From an uncultured Solirubrobacterales bacterium (GTDB lineage Bacteria > Actinomycetota > Thermoleophilia > Solirubrobacterales > 70-9): a stretch of DNA of 64,000 nt. The notes under the pieces are model-generated. The model worked only from the letters and a program-made list of their open reading frames with translations. It did not search any database and had not been told where the DNA came from. Below, piece after piece: positions 8,473 to 16,981 of the stretch; positions within the stretch are counted from its first letter, which is position 1; each line of letters opens with the position of its first letter. Both the position numbers and the translations under genes were made by a program. The DNA lies in NCBI GenBank assembly GCA_963704545.1, contig OY969915.1, forward strand, positions 2,107,930 through 2,171,929, given 5' to 3'.

Positions 8473-10100
8473 CAGGCGGCCGTGGGCTCGGGGTCGAGCG
8501 GCGGCGGATCGGGCCCGGCCTGGAGCTCGTCGAAGCGGCGGTCGGGCAGGCGCCGCGTGGACCAGAAGGAGCAGGCGGTGAGGAAGGCGGCGAAGAGGAA
8601 TGCCGTCTTCAGCGCCTCGATCTGGGCGTCTTCGTAGTTCTCGACCAGCACGTCGGTGGTCGCGGCATCGAGCCCGGCCTCGGTCGCACCGGCGCGGACC
8701 TCTTCGGAGGAGACGAAGCTCCCTCCCGCACTCAGCTGCACCTCGAGCTGGTCGCTGACGTCGCTGGAGATCCGCTCGTCCTCAGCGACGTTCGAGGTGA
8801 AGGCGGCGATCAGGCCGGTGATCACGATCGCGCCGAGCAGCGCCGTGCCCAGCGAGGAGCCGAGCTGCTGGAAGGTGCTCTGCAGGCCCCCGGCCTCGCT
8901 GCGGTCGTCGTCGGATACCGCGGACTGGACGACGTTGCCGAGCTGGGAGACGATCAGGCCCATGCCGATGCCGAGCACGCCCATCGCGACCAGGAAGGAC
9001 GAGTTGTCGAGCTCGGGCTCGATCGTCCCGAGCAGCATCAGAGTCGCGGCGAGGACGATCAGCAGGCCCGTGCGGACCAGCGGTTTCGGCGCAAACCGCT
9101 TCGCCAGCGCCGAGCCGACGATCGAGGCAAAGAAGAGCCCGGCGGAGGCGGGCAGCATCCGCACCCCCGTTTCGAGCGCGTCGAGGCCTTGGACGACCTG
9201 GAGGAAGAGCGGGATCGTGAAGAAGACGCCCATCAGGATCAGGTTCTGGGCGAGGAACATGGCGACGCCGCCGCGCAGCTGGGGGATGCGCAGCAGCGGG
9301 AGGTGGACGAGGGGGTCCTCGCCGAGTCGTTCGCGGCGGCGCTCCCAGGCCACGAAGGCCGCGAGCACGAGCGCCCCGGCGCCGATCACGAACAGTGTCA
9401 GCGAGAAGCCGAAGGGCTCGATCGGCGAGCTGCGCGGCGCCAGCCAGCCCCAGTTGCTCGCCTGCAGCACACCGAAGACGACCAGCGCCAGGCCGGCGGC
9501 GGAGAGCACGCTGCCGACCCAGTCGAGGCTGGGAGTCGAGCCCTCGCGATCGGGCTCGCGAATCATCCGCGTCCCCAGCAGGATGCCGATGGCGACGACG
9601 ACCTCACCGATGAAGACCACCCGCCAGCTGAGCTCGGTCGTCGCCCAGCCGCCGAGGATCGGGCCGACGGCGATGCCGGCACCGGCGACCCCGCCGAGGA
9701 CGCCGTAGGCGATCGCCCGGTCGGCCCCTTTGTAGTTGCCGGCAACCAGGGCGATCAAGGCGGGGATGACGAGAGCCGCGCCGATCCCCTCGAGGACCGA
9801 CCAGCCGAACATCAGCGAGGGCACGCTCCAGGAAGCCGCCGTCAGTCCCGACCCGACGCCGTAGATGCAGAGCCCGATCGTGAAGGCGCGGCGGCGTCCC
9901 CAGATGTCGCCCAGCTTGCCGCCGGTCAGCATCAGGCCCGCCATCACCAGCGCGTAGAAGGCGATCACGGCCTGGATCGTCGTGACCGTGGTGTCGAAGT
10001 CCTCGACCAGCTGGGAGATCGCCACGTTCATCACCGCCTGGTCGAGCACCATCAGGAACTGCGCGGCCGACAGGACGGCGAGGACTCCCCACTTGGTCAT
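8472..10100 (-). CDS. MFS transporter, DHA2-like (14-TMS drug:H+ antiporter type)
   Basis: I trimmed the start to MTKWGVLAVLSAAQFLMVLDQAVMNVAISQLVEDF...GKLGDIWGRRRAF. The 73 residues upstream in the track ORF are Arg/Ser-rich shadow sequence. Confidence 0.85.
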   Translation of the reverse strand: MTKWGVLAVLSAAQFLMVLDQAVMNVAISQLVEDFDTTVTTIQAVIAFYALVMAGLMLTGGKLGDIWGRRRAFTIGLCIYGVGSGLTAASWSVPSLMFGWSVLEGIGAALVIPALIALVAGNYKGADRAIAYGVLGGVAGAGIAVGPILGGWATTELSWRVVFIGEVVVAIGILLGTRMIREPDREGSTPSLDWVGSVLSAAGLALVVFGVLQASNWGWLAPRSSPIEPFGFSLTLFVIGAGALVLAAFVAWERRRERLGEDPLVHLPLLRIPQLRGGVAMFLAQNLILMGVFFTIPLFLQVVQGLDALETGVRMLPASAGLFFASIVGSALAKRFAPKPLVRTGLLIVLAATLMLLGTIEPELDNSSFLVAMGVLGIGMGLIVSQLGNVVQSAVSDDDRSEAGGLQSTFQQLGSSLGTALLGAIVITGLIAAFTSNVAEDERISSDVSDQLEVQLSAGGSFVSSEEVRAGATEAGLDAATTDVLVENYEDAQIEALKTAFLFAAFLTACSFWSTRRLPDRRFDELQAGPDPPPLDPEPTAA

Positions 10101-10152
10101 TGCGGGCAGCTTCGCAGCTATTTCGAGCCGAGGTGAAGCCAACCGCCGGCCG

Positions 10153-10599
10153 TTAGCCCGAGCAGCGCTCGCAGAGGCCGCGCAGGACCACGTCGTGGTC
10201 GGTGACCTCAAAGCTGATCTCCTCGGACAGCCTCTCGATCGCCCGCTCGAGCGATGGATCCTCGAACGGGACCATGCGCCCGCACTTGCGGCAGATCGCG
10301 TGGTGATGGTGCTCGCCACCGGGCTCGACGCGCTCGTACCCGGCCGTCCCCCGCGTCACCTCCATCCGCTGCACCAGGCCGAGCTGCTCGAGTTGCTCGA
10401 GCGCCCGGTAGACGCTGGCGCGGCCGACCGCGGGGCGCCGCCGGCGCAGCTCGTCGTCGAGCTCGATCGCGGTGACGGCGCAGTCGTGGCGGGCCAGTGC
10501 CTCGACGACCGCGGTGCGGGCGCCGCCGCGCCGGTAGCCCGCCTGCCGGAGGGCGCGAAGGGCGTGCTCGGCCCAGGCGCTGTCGGTCTTCGCGGGCAT
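10153..10599 (-). CDS. zur: Fur-family metalloregulator, probably Zur
   Basis: The protein has a winged helix (SVYRALEQLEQLGLV), HHHHAICRKCG and a C-terminal CERC, a Fur-type pattern. It sits at the end of the metal ABC operon. The start was trimmed to MPAKTD. Confidence 0.8.
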   Translation of the reverse strand: MPAKTDSAWAEHALRALRQAGYRRGGARTAVVEALARHDCAVTAIELDDELRRRRPAVGRASVYRALEQLEQLGLVQRMEVTRGTAGYERVEPGGEHHHHAICRKCGRMVPFEDPSLERAIERLSEEISFEVTDHDVVLRGLCERCSG

Positions 10600-10600
10600 C

Positions 10601-11443
10601 TCAGCCGATCGTAGCCTCGACTCGGAGCGGCCCCTGGCGCCGGGCCGCCAGCCACCCTCCCAGCGGCAGGGACAGCAGGTATGCCGCGACGATCGCCGTG
10701 GCCACCGAGGCACCGCCGGCGGTGCCGGCGTAGTAGGAGAGGTACAGCCCAGCGACCCCCGCGAGGACGGCGATGGCCGTGGCGAGCAGCATCGTCGGCA
10801 GCATCCGGTCGGTGAGTTGGCGCGCGGCGGCGGCCGGCCCGACGAAGACCGCGACGACGAGCAGGTTGCCGAGCCCCTGAACGGCGACCACGGTCGCGGC
10901 GGCAAGCAGGACCAGCAGCGCCGTGTCGGCGAGGGCGGGAGAGACACCGAGCGCCCGTGCGGCGCCGCGATCGAAGCCGGCGACGAGCAGCCTGCCGTGC
11001 AGGAGCCTGAGGGAGAAGAGCACGAGCGCCGCCAGGGCCAGGGCCCCCGCCAGGTCGGCATCGGTGACCCCGAACGGGTCGCCGAAGAGCAGCGCCTCGA
11101 CCCCGGGCGGGGACTGCGGCGAGAGCGCCAAAAGCACGCCGAGCCCGAACATCGTCGTTACCACCACCGCGACGGCCGCTTCCCGGCTCACCCCCGCAAC
11201 CCTGGCGCCGAGCGCGATCGCCAGCGCCGCGACGACGACCGCCGGGGTGGCGCCGAGCAGCAGCGGGACGCCGGCGATGGCGGCGAGGACGAGTCCCGGG
11301 AAGAGCGAGTGGGCGAGGGACTCGGCGGCGTAGGAGAGTCCGTAGAAGACGACCCAGCAGCCGAGCGCGCCGCCGGCGACGCCGATCAGCACGACCTCCG
11401 CGAGGGCGCGCTGCATGAACGGTTCTTGCAGGGGCTCGAGCAT
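10601..11443 (-). CDS. metal (Zn/Mn-type, ABC-3 family) ABC transporter permease
   Basis: MLEPLQEPFMQRALAEVVLIGVAGGALGCWVVFYGLSYAAESLAHSLFPG is a typical ZnuB/MntB-type N-terminus. Confidence 0.85.
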   Translation of the reverse strand: MLEPLQEPFMQRALAEVVLIGVAGGALGCWVVFYGLSYAAESLAHSLFPGLVLAAIAGVPLLLGATPAVVVAALAIALGARVAGVSREAAVAVVVTTMFGLGVLLALSPQSPPGVEALLFGDPFGVTDADLAGALALAALVLFSLRLLHGRLLVAGFDRGAARALGVSPALADTALLVLLAAATVVAVQGLGNLLVVAVFVGPAAAARQLTDRMLPTMLLATAIAVLAGVAGLYLSYYAGTAGGASVATAIVAAYLLSLPLGGWLAARRQGPLRVEATIG

Positions 11444-11444
11444 C

Positions 11445-12197
11445 TCAGTGGTGGTGATGGTGCGGTGGCAGGATCGCCCTCCCCCCGCCGCCGGGGAGCT
11501 CGACGATCGCCCCGCCGTAGGTCGCTTCCAGCACGCCGACGTCGGCGAGGACCTCGTCGGGAGGGCCGCAGGCGATCTGGCGCCCGGCGATGCATAGGAC
11601 GAGGTCGCAGGCGCGGGCCTGCTCGAGGTCGTGGGTGGCGATCACGACCCCCCTGCCCTCCCCCGTCAGCTCGCCGACCAGCGCTTCCAGCCGCTCGCCG
11701 CTGGGACGGTCGAGGCCCGAGAAGGGCTCGTCGAGCAGCAGCACGCCAGCATCCTGCACGAGGGCACGGGCGATCAGGACCCGCTGGCGCTGGCCGCCGG
11801 AGAGGCGGCCGAAGGTCTCCTCGGCAAGCGATGCCAAGCCGACCCGCTCCAGCGCGCGCCCGGCCGCCTCGCGCTCGCGCCGGCCGGGCCGGCGCCACCA
11901 GGGCAGGGCCGCGAGTGTCCCCATCGTCGCCACGTCGAGGGCGGAGACGGGATAGTCGAGGCGGGAGCGCTCGGTCTGCGGCACCGTGCCGCACGCCGCG
12001 GAGACGCGCAGCGTCCCGCCGAAGACCCGCAGTTCGCCCAGCACCGCGCGCAGCAGCGTCGTCTTGCCGCCGCCGTTGGAGCCGAGCAGGGCGAGCCTCT
12101 GGCCGCGGTGCAGCGAGAAGGTGACGCCGGAGATCGCCGGCGTGCCGTCGTATCCGGCGGCCAGGCCCGAGGCCTCGATCAGGAGCCGATCTTGCAT
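11445..12197 (-). CDS. metal ABC transporter ATP-binding protein with a native C-terminal His5 tail
   Basis: It carries Walker A GSNGGGKTT, signature LSGGQRQR and Walker B LLLDEP. It ends ...ILPPHHHHH*. The start was trimmed to MQDRLL at 12197. Confidence 0.85.
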   Translation of the reverse strand: MQDRLLIEASGLAAGYDGTPAISGVTFSLHRGQRLALLGSNGGGKTTLLRAVLGELRVFGGTLRVSAACGTVPQTERSRLDYPVSALDVATMGTLAALPWWRRPGRREREAAGRALERVGLASLAEETFGRLSGGQRQRVLIARALVQDAGVLLLDEPFSGLDRPSGERLEALVGELTGEGRGVVIATHDLEQARACDLVLCIAGRQIACGPPDEVLADVGVLEATYGGAIVELPGGGGRAILPPHHHHH

Positions 12198-13930
12198 CCG
12201 CGCCTCCCTCCCGTGAACCCGCGCAACATCGAGTCCGCGTTTGCGGCCTCCATCTGCAGGTAGGTGGCGCCGTCCGATCCCTCCGGGCCGAGCGTGTCTC
12301 CGTAGAGCGTGTACTCGGCCGTGGCTCCGGTCTGGGCGGCGATCGCCTCGGCGACCTTCGGGCTGAGCGAGTTCTCGGGGAAGACAGCCTCGACCCCTTC
12401 GCGTTCGATCAGCTCGGCCAGGGCGCTGAGGTCCCTGGCCGAGGGCTGGGCCTGGGTCGCCTGCGAGGGGATGACCGCCCCGACCACGTCGATGCCGTAG
12501 CGCCCGGCGAAGTAGCCGAACGCGTCGTGATCGGTAACCAGCTTGCGGCGAGAGGCCGGAACCGCGTCCATGCAGCGGGCGATGTCGGAGTCGAGTGCCC
12601 GCAGCCTGGCGAGATAGGCCGCCGCCCGGCGCTCGAACACGCGCCTGTGGGATGGGTCGGCGCCCACCAGGCTGCGCTCGACCTCGCGCACGGCGGCCTC
12701 GGCGTTGCGCGGGTCGTGCCACCAGTGGGGGTCGTAGGCGGACGCCTCCTCCCCGCTCTGCTCGCCGGGCAGCCGCTCGGGAACGACCGCACCCAGGTCG
12801 ACGACCCGGGCCTCGCTCCCGCTGTCGGAGACCACCTCGTCGATCCACTCGTCGAGCTCGTCGCCGCTGGTGAAGACCAGGTCGGCCTCCGCCGTCGCGA
12901 CCACGTCGCTGGGGCGCGGCTCGTACTCGTGGGGGTCGGTGTTCGGCTGGAGGATCTGGTCGACCGCGACCGTGCCGCCGCCGACCTCGCGGACGAAGTC
13001 GCCGACCTGGGTGGTCGTCGCGACCACGTCGAGCTGACTGTCGTCGCCTCCAGAGCCGCCGGAGCATCCGGTGAGGAACAGGGCTGTGGCGGCAAGGGCG
13101 GCGGCCGCGAGAGCCGGCCTGCGGGGTGCGCGCGGCAGCGCTTTCGCCGTGGCTGCGAGGGCGAAGGCCGCACCGGAGACGACGGCGATCGTCGCCCCCG
13201 GCGGCGCGTCGGTCTTGACCGAGAGCCAGAGCCCGGTGGCCCCCTCGACGGCGACGAGCGCGATGCTGGCGAGCTGCCAGGTCCGCATCCGCTCGACGAA
13301 GAGGCGGACGGTGAGGGCGGGGACGACGAAGAGCGCGGCGACCAGCAGCGCCCCGATCGTCGAGAGGGCGGCGACGATCGCGAAGGCGATCAGGCCGAGG
13401 AGCACGATCTCGAGGCCGCGGGCACCGGTTCCCAGGGCCCTGGCCGAGCCGGGATCGAAGCCGGTCGCCAGCCAGCGGTGGCCGAGCAGCAGCGAGGCGA
13501 GCACGGTGGCGCCGGCCGCGGAGGCGGCGAGGACGATGTCTCCGCTGTCGATCAGCAGCAGGCTGCCGAAGAGCAGGGTCTCGACGTTGGCGCCGGAGCC
13601 GAAGACGTCGCTGGCGAGGATCGTCCCGGCGGCCAGGCAGCCCACGAGGACGATCGCGACCGCCGCGTCGCGCCCCCCCTCCTCGCGACGGGAAAGCAGC
13701 GCCGTACCGGCGCTGAAGAGAACCGCCGCGCCGAAAGCCCCCAGCGGTGCCGCGAAGCCGAGCCCGTCGGCGAGCACCAGCCCCGGGAAGGCCGCGGTCC
13801 CGACCGCGTGCGAGAAGAAGGCGAGCCCGCGCAGGACGATCCAGGTCCCGAGCAGCCCGGCGGGCACCGCCAGGATCGCCACCTCGATCAGGCCACGCTG
13901 TACGAAGGGCAGCTGAAACGGCTCGAACAC
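12179..13930 (-). CDS. fusion protein: ABC-3 permease (N) + ZnuA/TroA-like solute-binding lipoprotein domain (C)
   Basis: This is one uninterrupted 583-aa frame. Residues 1-265 are permease (MFEPFQLPFVQRGLIEV...). A lipobox-like LFLTGCSGG follows, then SBP motifs (DPHEYEPRPSD, DPHWWHDP, LVTDHDAFGYF). Confidence 0.75.
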   Translation of the reverse strand: MFEPFQLPFVQRGLIEVAILAVPAGLLGTWIVLRGLAFFSHAVGTAAFPGLVLADGLGFAAPLGAFGAAVLFSAGTALLSRREEGGRDAAVAIVLVGCLAAGTILASDVFGSGANVETLLFGSLLLIDSGDIVLAASAAGATVLASLLLGHRWLATGFDPGSARALGTGARGLEIVLLGLIAFAIVAALSTIGALLVAALFVVPALTVRLFVERMRTWQLASIALVAVEGATGLWLSVKTDAPPGATIAVVSGAAFALAATAKALPRAPRRPALAAAALAATALFLTGCSGGSGGDDSQLDVVATTTQVGDFVREVGGGTVAVDQILQPNTDPHEYEPRPSDVVATAEADLVFTSGDELDEWIDEVVSDSGSEARVVDLGAVVPERLPGEQSGEEASAYDPHWWHDPRNAEAAVREVERSLVGADPSHRRVFERRAAAYLARLRALDSDIARCMDAVPASRRKLVTDHDAFGYFAGRYGIDVVGAVIPSQATQAQPSARDLSALAELIEREGVEAVFPENSLSPKVAEAIAAQTGATAEYTLYGDTLGPEGSDGATYLQMEAANADSMLRGFTGGRRGCKIGS

Positions 13931-13944
13931 GGCCCGCGGATTAA

Positions 13945-13968
13945 ATCAAAATGAGATCCATTTTTATT
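13945..13968. promoter_or_regulatory. putative Zur/Fur box in the divergent znu/dtd promoter region
   Basis: An AT-rich palindrome AAAATG-AGATC-CATTTT lies at 13948-13964, 18 nt upstream of the GTG start of the permease-SBP gene. It is the only AT-rich patch in this spacer. Confidence 0.45.
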
Positions 13969-14020
13969 TTCTTCGGGGACCCTCCTCCCGGTACGGTGCG
14001 GGCGTGCGCGGGAGCCGGAG

Positions 14021-14437
14021 ATGAGAGCGCTCGTCCAGCGGGTCAGCCGGGCCGCCGTCGACGTCGAGGGCGAGCGGGTGGCGCAGATCGGCCCCGGGAT
14101 ACTCGTCCTGCTCGGGGTGAGGCGCGGCGACACCGCGGAGGAGGCCGACCGGCTGGCCGACAAGGTGCGGGCGCTGCGGATCTTCGACGACGCCGAGGGC
14201 CGGATGAACGAGCCGCTCGGCGGGCGCGAGGTGCTCTGCGTGAGCCAGTTCACCCTCTACGGCGACACCCGCAAGGGCAACCGCCCCAGCTACATGGACG
14301 CGGCTCCCGGCGCCGAGGCCGAGCCCCTCTACGGCCGTTTCTGCGAGCGCCTCGGTGCCGCCAAGGGCGTCTTCGGCGCCTGCATGGGCGTGGCCCTGGT
14401 CAACGACGGCCCGGTCACCCTGCTGCTCGAGTCATGA
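14021..14437 (+). CDS. dtd: D-aminoacyl-tRNA deacylase
   Basis: [17 protein letters not shown]...[18 protein letters not shown]...[11 protein letters not shown] is the canonical Dtd pattern. Confidence 0.9.
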   Translation: MRALVQRVSRAAVDVEGERVAQIGPGILVLLGVRRGDTAEEADRLADKVRALRIFDDAEGRMNEPLGGREVLCVSQFTLYGDTRKGNRPSYMDAAPGAEAEPLYGRFCERLGAAKGVFGACMGVALVNDGPVTLLLES

Positions 14438-14474
14438 TCCCCAACCAACCCCTTCCGGTGCGATTTATGTGCCC

Positions 14475-14993
14475 ATGGATGGCATAAGTCGCACCGGAAG
14501 CGGTGGGGTGGTGATCCGGGAGGCGACGGAGGGGGATGCGGGCGCGGTCGTCGCGTTCTGGACCGAGGCCTACTTCACCGAAGGCGAGGGCGGCCGGGAC
14601 GCTCCCTACGCCCGCTCCGACTTCGACGCCACCGCGGCGGCCGCGGCGCACCTCCTCGTCGCCGAGCGCGACAGCGAGGTGGTCGGCGTCGTCGCATTGC
14701 TTGCGCCCGAGGAGCCCTCACGCGCCGTCGCTGGCGCGGGCGAGGCCGAACTTACGCGGCTCGTCGTCGGCTCGGGCGCCCGCCGCCGCGGCATCGGCCG
14801 CGGCCTGGCCGAGCGCTGTGCCGCGCTGGCGCGGGCGGAAGGCTGGCCGGCGATCGCGCTCTGGAGCCGCCCCTACCAGACCGCCGGCCACCGGCTTTAC
14901 GAGTCACTCGGCTACCGCCGCGAGCCGGAGCGCGACAGCTTCGACGAAACCGGCTTCGAGCGGCTCGTCTTCCGCCTCGACCTGCTTCCTTGA
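14475..14993 (+). CDS. GNAT-family N-acetyltransferase
   Basis: VIREATEGDAGAV...LVVGSGARRRGIGRGL is an acetyl-CoA binding Q/RxxGxG/A motif. The start was chosen at ATG 14475; a later GTG is also possible. Confidence 0.7.
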   Translation: MDGISRTGSGGVVIREATEGDAGAVVAFWTEAYFTEGEGGRDAPYARSDFDATAAAAAHLLVAERDSEVVGVVALLAPEEPSRAVAGAGEAELTRLVVGSGARRRGIGRGLAERCAALARAEGWPAIALWSRPYQTAGHRLYESLGYRREPERDSFDETGFERLVFRLDLLP

Positions 14994-15655
14994 AGGGTTG
15001 TGGTGGTCATAGCGCCCACAAGCCTTCGCGCAACCGGCACGCTGCCAGAATCACGGCCGTGGAGAACCTCACCGCTCGCCTCGAGGGATCGATCGTCACG
15101 CTCGAGCCCCTACGGGAGGAGCACGCCGAGGAGCTCTGGGAGGCGGCGCAGCCGCCGGAGATCTGGGCCTGGCTGGCGAACCTGAACGAGCGCGATCGCT
15201 TCGACCTCTGGATGCGGTTGACGCTGGAGGCCGTGCAGGCCGGCACCGAGGGCCCGTTCACGACCCGCGATGCCCGCACCGGCAGGGCGATCGGCAGCAG
15301 CCGCTACCTGCACGTCCGCCCCGACGACCGCGTCCTCGAGATCGGCTGGACCTGGCTGCGCCCGAGCGCCTGGCGCGGCGGCGCCAACGTCGAGGCAAAG
15401 CTGCTGATGATGCGCCACGCCTTCGAGACCCTCGATTGCGTCCGGGTCGAGTTCAAGACCGACGCCCGCAACGAGCGCTCCCGCGCCGCTCTCGCCGCCC
15501 TGCCCGCCCAGTTCGAGGGCATCCTGCGCAACCACATGATCGTCCCCGACGTCGGCCAGCGCGACTCGGCCTTCTACAGCGTGATCGACTCCGAGTGGCC
15601 CGAGGTCCGCGCCAACTTGGAGCGCCGGCTCGCGGCGAACACGACCGATGGCTGA
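14990..15655 (+). CDS. GNAT-family N-acetyltransferase (RimJ/RimL-like)
   Basis: LEPLREEHAEELW...IGWTWLRPSAWRGGANVEAKLLMMRHAFE fits the family. TTG at 14990 overlaps the previous stop (TTGA); GTG at 15059 is an alternative start. Confidence 0.7.
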   Translation: MKGCGGHSAHKPSRNRHAARITAVENLTARLEGSIVTLEPLREEHAEELWEAAQPPEIWAWLANLNERDRFDLWMRLTLEAVQAGTEGPFTTRDARTGRAIGSSRYLHVRPDDRVLEIGWTWLRPSAWRGGANVEAKLLMMRHAFETLDCVRVEFKTDARNERSRAALAALPAQFEGILRNHMIVPDVGQRDSAFYSVIDSEWPEVRANLERRLAANTTDG

Positions 15656-16178
15656 CCGATGGCCCGCCTCGGGTCTCGATCTGCGCGTCGCCGCGACCGT
15701 CGCCGAGCTCGATGCGGTCGAGCCGCTGTGGAACGCTCTTCATGCGCACCACTCGGAGATCACTCCCGCCCTGAGCGAGAGGAGCCCGAAGCGCGATGCC
15801 GGCGACGCGTGGCGGATGCGCCGGGCCAAGTACGAGCGGTGGCTGAAGGATCCCGACACTTTCTTCGTCGTCGCCGAAGCCGATGGCACGCCGGTCGGCT
15901 ACGCCTTCGTCACCGTCGGCCCCGGATACGCCTCATGGAAGACCGGCGAGCGCCTCGCGGAGCTGGAGACGCTCTCCGTGCTGCCCGAGCGCCGTGGCAC
16001 CGGCGTCGGCGACGCGTTGATCGACGCGGTCTGGGGCCGCCTCGCACAGCTCGGCGTGGAGGACATGCAGATCACGACCACGACGACCAACGTCGACTCC
16101 CACCGCTTCTACGAGCGCCAGGGCTTCGCGCGGCGGTTCGTCGTCTACTACGGCAGGCCCCCGGGTCCCTCAGACTGA
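15648..16178 (+). CDS. GNAT-family N-acetyltransferase
   Basis: LSVLPERRGTGVGDALIDAVW...RFYERQGF is the GNAT core. Confidence 0.75.
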   Translation: MADRWPASGLDLRVAATVAELDAVEPLWNALHAHHSEITPALSERSPKRDAGDAWRMRRAKYERWLKDPDTFFVVAEADGTPVGYAFVTVGPGYASWKTGERLAELETLSVLPERRGTGVGDALIDAVWGRLAQLGVEDMQITTTTTNVDSHRFYERQGFARRFVVYYGRPPGPSD

Positions 16179-16805
16179 GCCCAGCGCCCGGTCGATGAAC
16201 GGGCCGAGCAGGTCGCCGGCCTGGGTGGCGGTCTTCTCGGGCGAGTCGCCGGGCGCGGTGATGTAGCTGATCGCGAGGCGGACCAGCGACTCGGCGAGGA
16301 GCTTGACGTCCGCGTCCGGTGCCTGAGGCCAGCCCTCTTCGATCGTCGCGGTGAGGCGGGCCGTGGCCCAGTGGACCACCGGCATGCCCTGGGTGGTGAC
16401 GAAGGGGAGCAAGCCGCCGGCGCCGTCGTCGCTGAGCAGGATGCGGACGAGCGGGTCCTCGCCGGCGGTGTGGAGGAAGGTCTGCAGCGCGGCGCCGACC
16501 GCGGCGCGGGGGTCGTCGAGGTGCTGGCGCACGGCGGCATCGACACCGTCGAGGAAGCGTTCGCCCTCGTGGATGACGAAGGCCTGGCCGAACTCGTCGC
16601 GGCTGCCGAACTCCTTGTAGAGGGTCTGGCGGCTGACGCCGGCGGCGCTGGCGATGTCGGACATCGTGATCTCCGACCAGGCGCGGTTCTGCAGCTCGTC
16701 GCGCGCCGCCCCGAAAAGCGTTTCGCGCAGCAGCTCCTTGGCGGCCTGCGGGTAGGGAGTGCGTGCGGTCGCCACGGCGGGAATCGTGCCAGCCGCCGCG
16801 GTCAC
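16170..16805 (-). CDS. TetR-family regulator (AlkU-like position downstream of alkB-rubredoxin)
   Basis: The HTH is ITMSDIASAAGVSRQTLYKEFGSRDEF. GTG at 16805 overlaps the rubredoxin stop (GTGA). Confidence 0.8.
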   Translation of the reverse strand: MTAAAGTIPAVATARTPYPQAAKELLRETLFGAARDELQNRAWSEITMSDIASAAGVSRQTLYKEFGSRDEFGQAFVIHEGERFLDGVDAAVRQHLDDPRAAVGAALQTFLHTAGEDPLVRILLSDDGAGGLLPFVTTQGMPVVHWATARLTATIEEGWPQAPDADVKLLAESLVRLAISYITAPGDSPEKTATQAGDLLGPFIDRALGSV

Positions 16806-16981
16806 TCGCCCGCCGCCTCCCCGTCGAGCTCGAAGTCGACCTTGTCCCGCACCCCGCAGTCGGGGCAGGCCCAGTCGTCGGGCACCTCGCTCCACGGCGT
16901 CCCCGCCGTAAAGCCCTCGCGCGGGTGGCCCTGCTCCTCGTCGTAGACGTACCCGCAGGCCGGGCAGCGCCAGCGGCTCAC
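16802..16981 (-). CDS. rubredoxin
   Basis: Own trim gives VSRWRCPACGYVYDEEQG...WACPDCG, with two CxxCG knuckles. GTG at 16981 overlaps the alkB stop. In the track it is hidden at the C-terminus of a 426-aa shadow ORF. Confidence 0.85.
   Translation of the reverse strand: MSRWRCPACGYVYDEEQGHPREGFTAGTPWSEVPDDWACPDCGVRDKVDFELDGEAAGE

Noticed and set aside
13067-13160. An internal start for a separate solute-binding lipoprotein gene within 12179..13930.
   Set aside because: There is no stop codon and no ATG, GTG or TTG in frame around the signal-peptide-like segment; only CTG is available. I therefore kept it as one fused CDS and flagged it as a finding.
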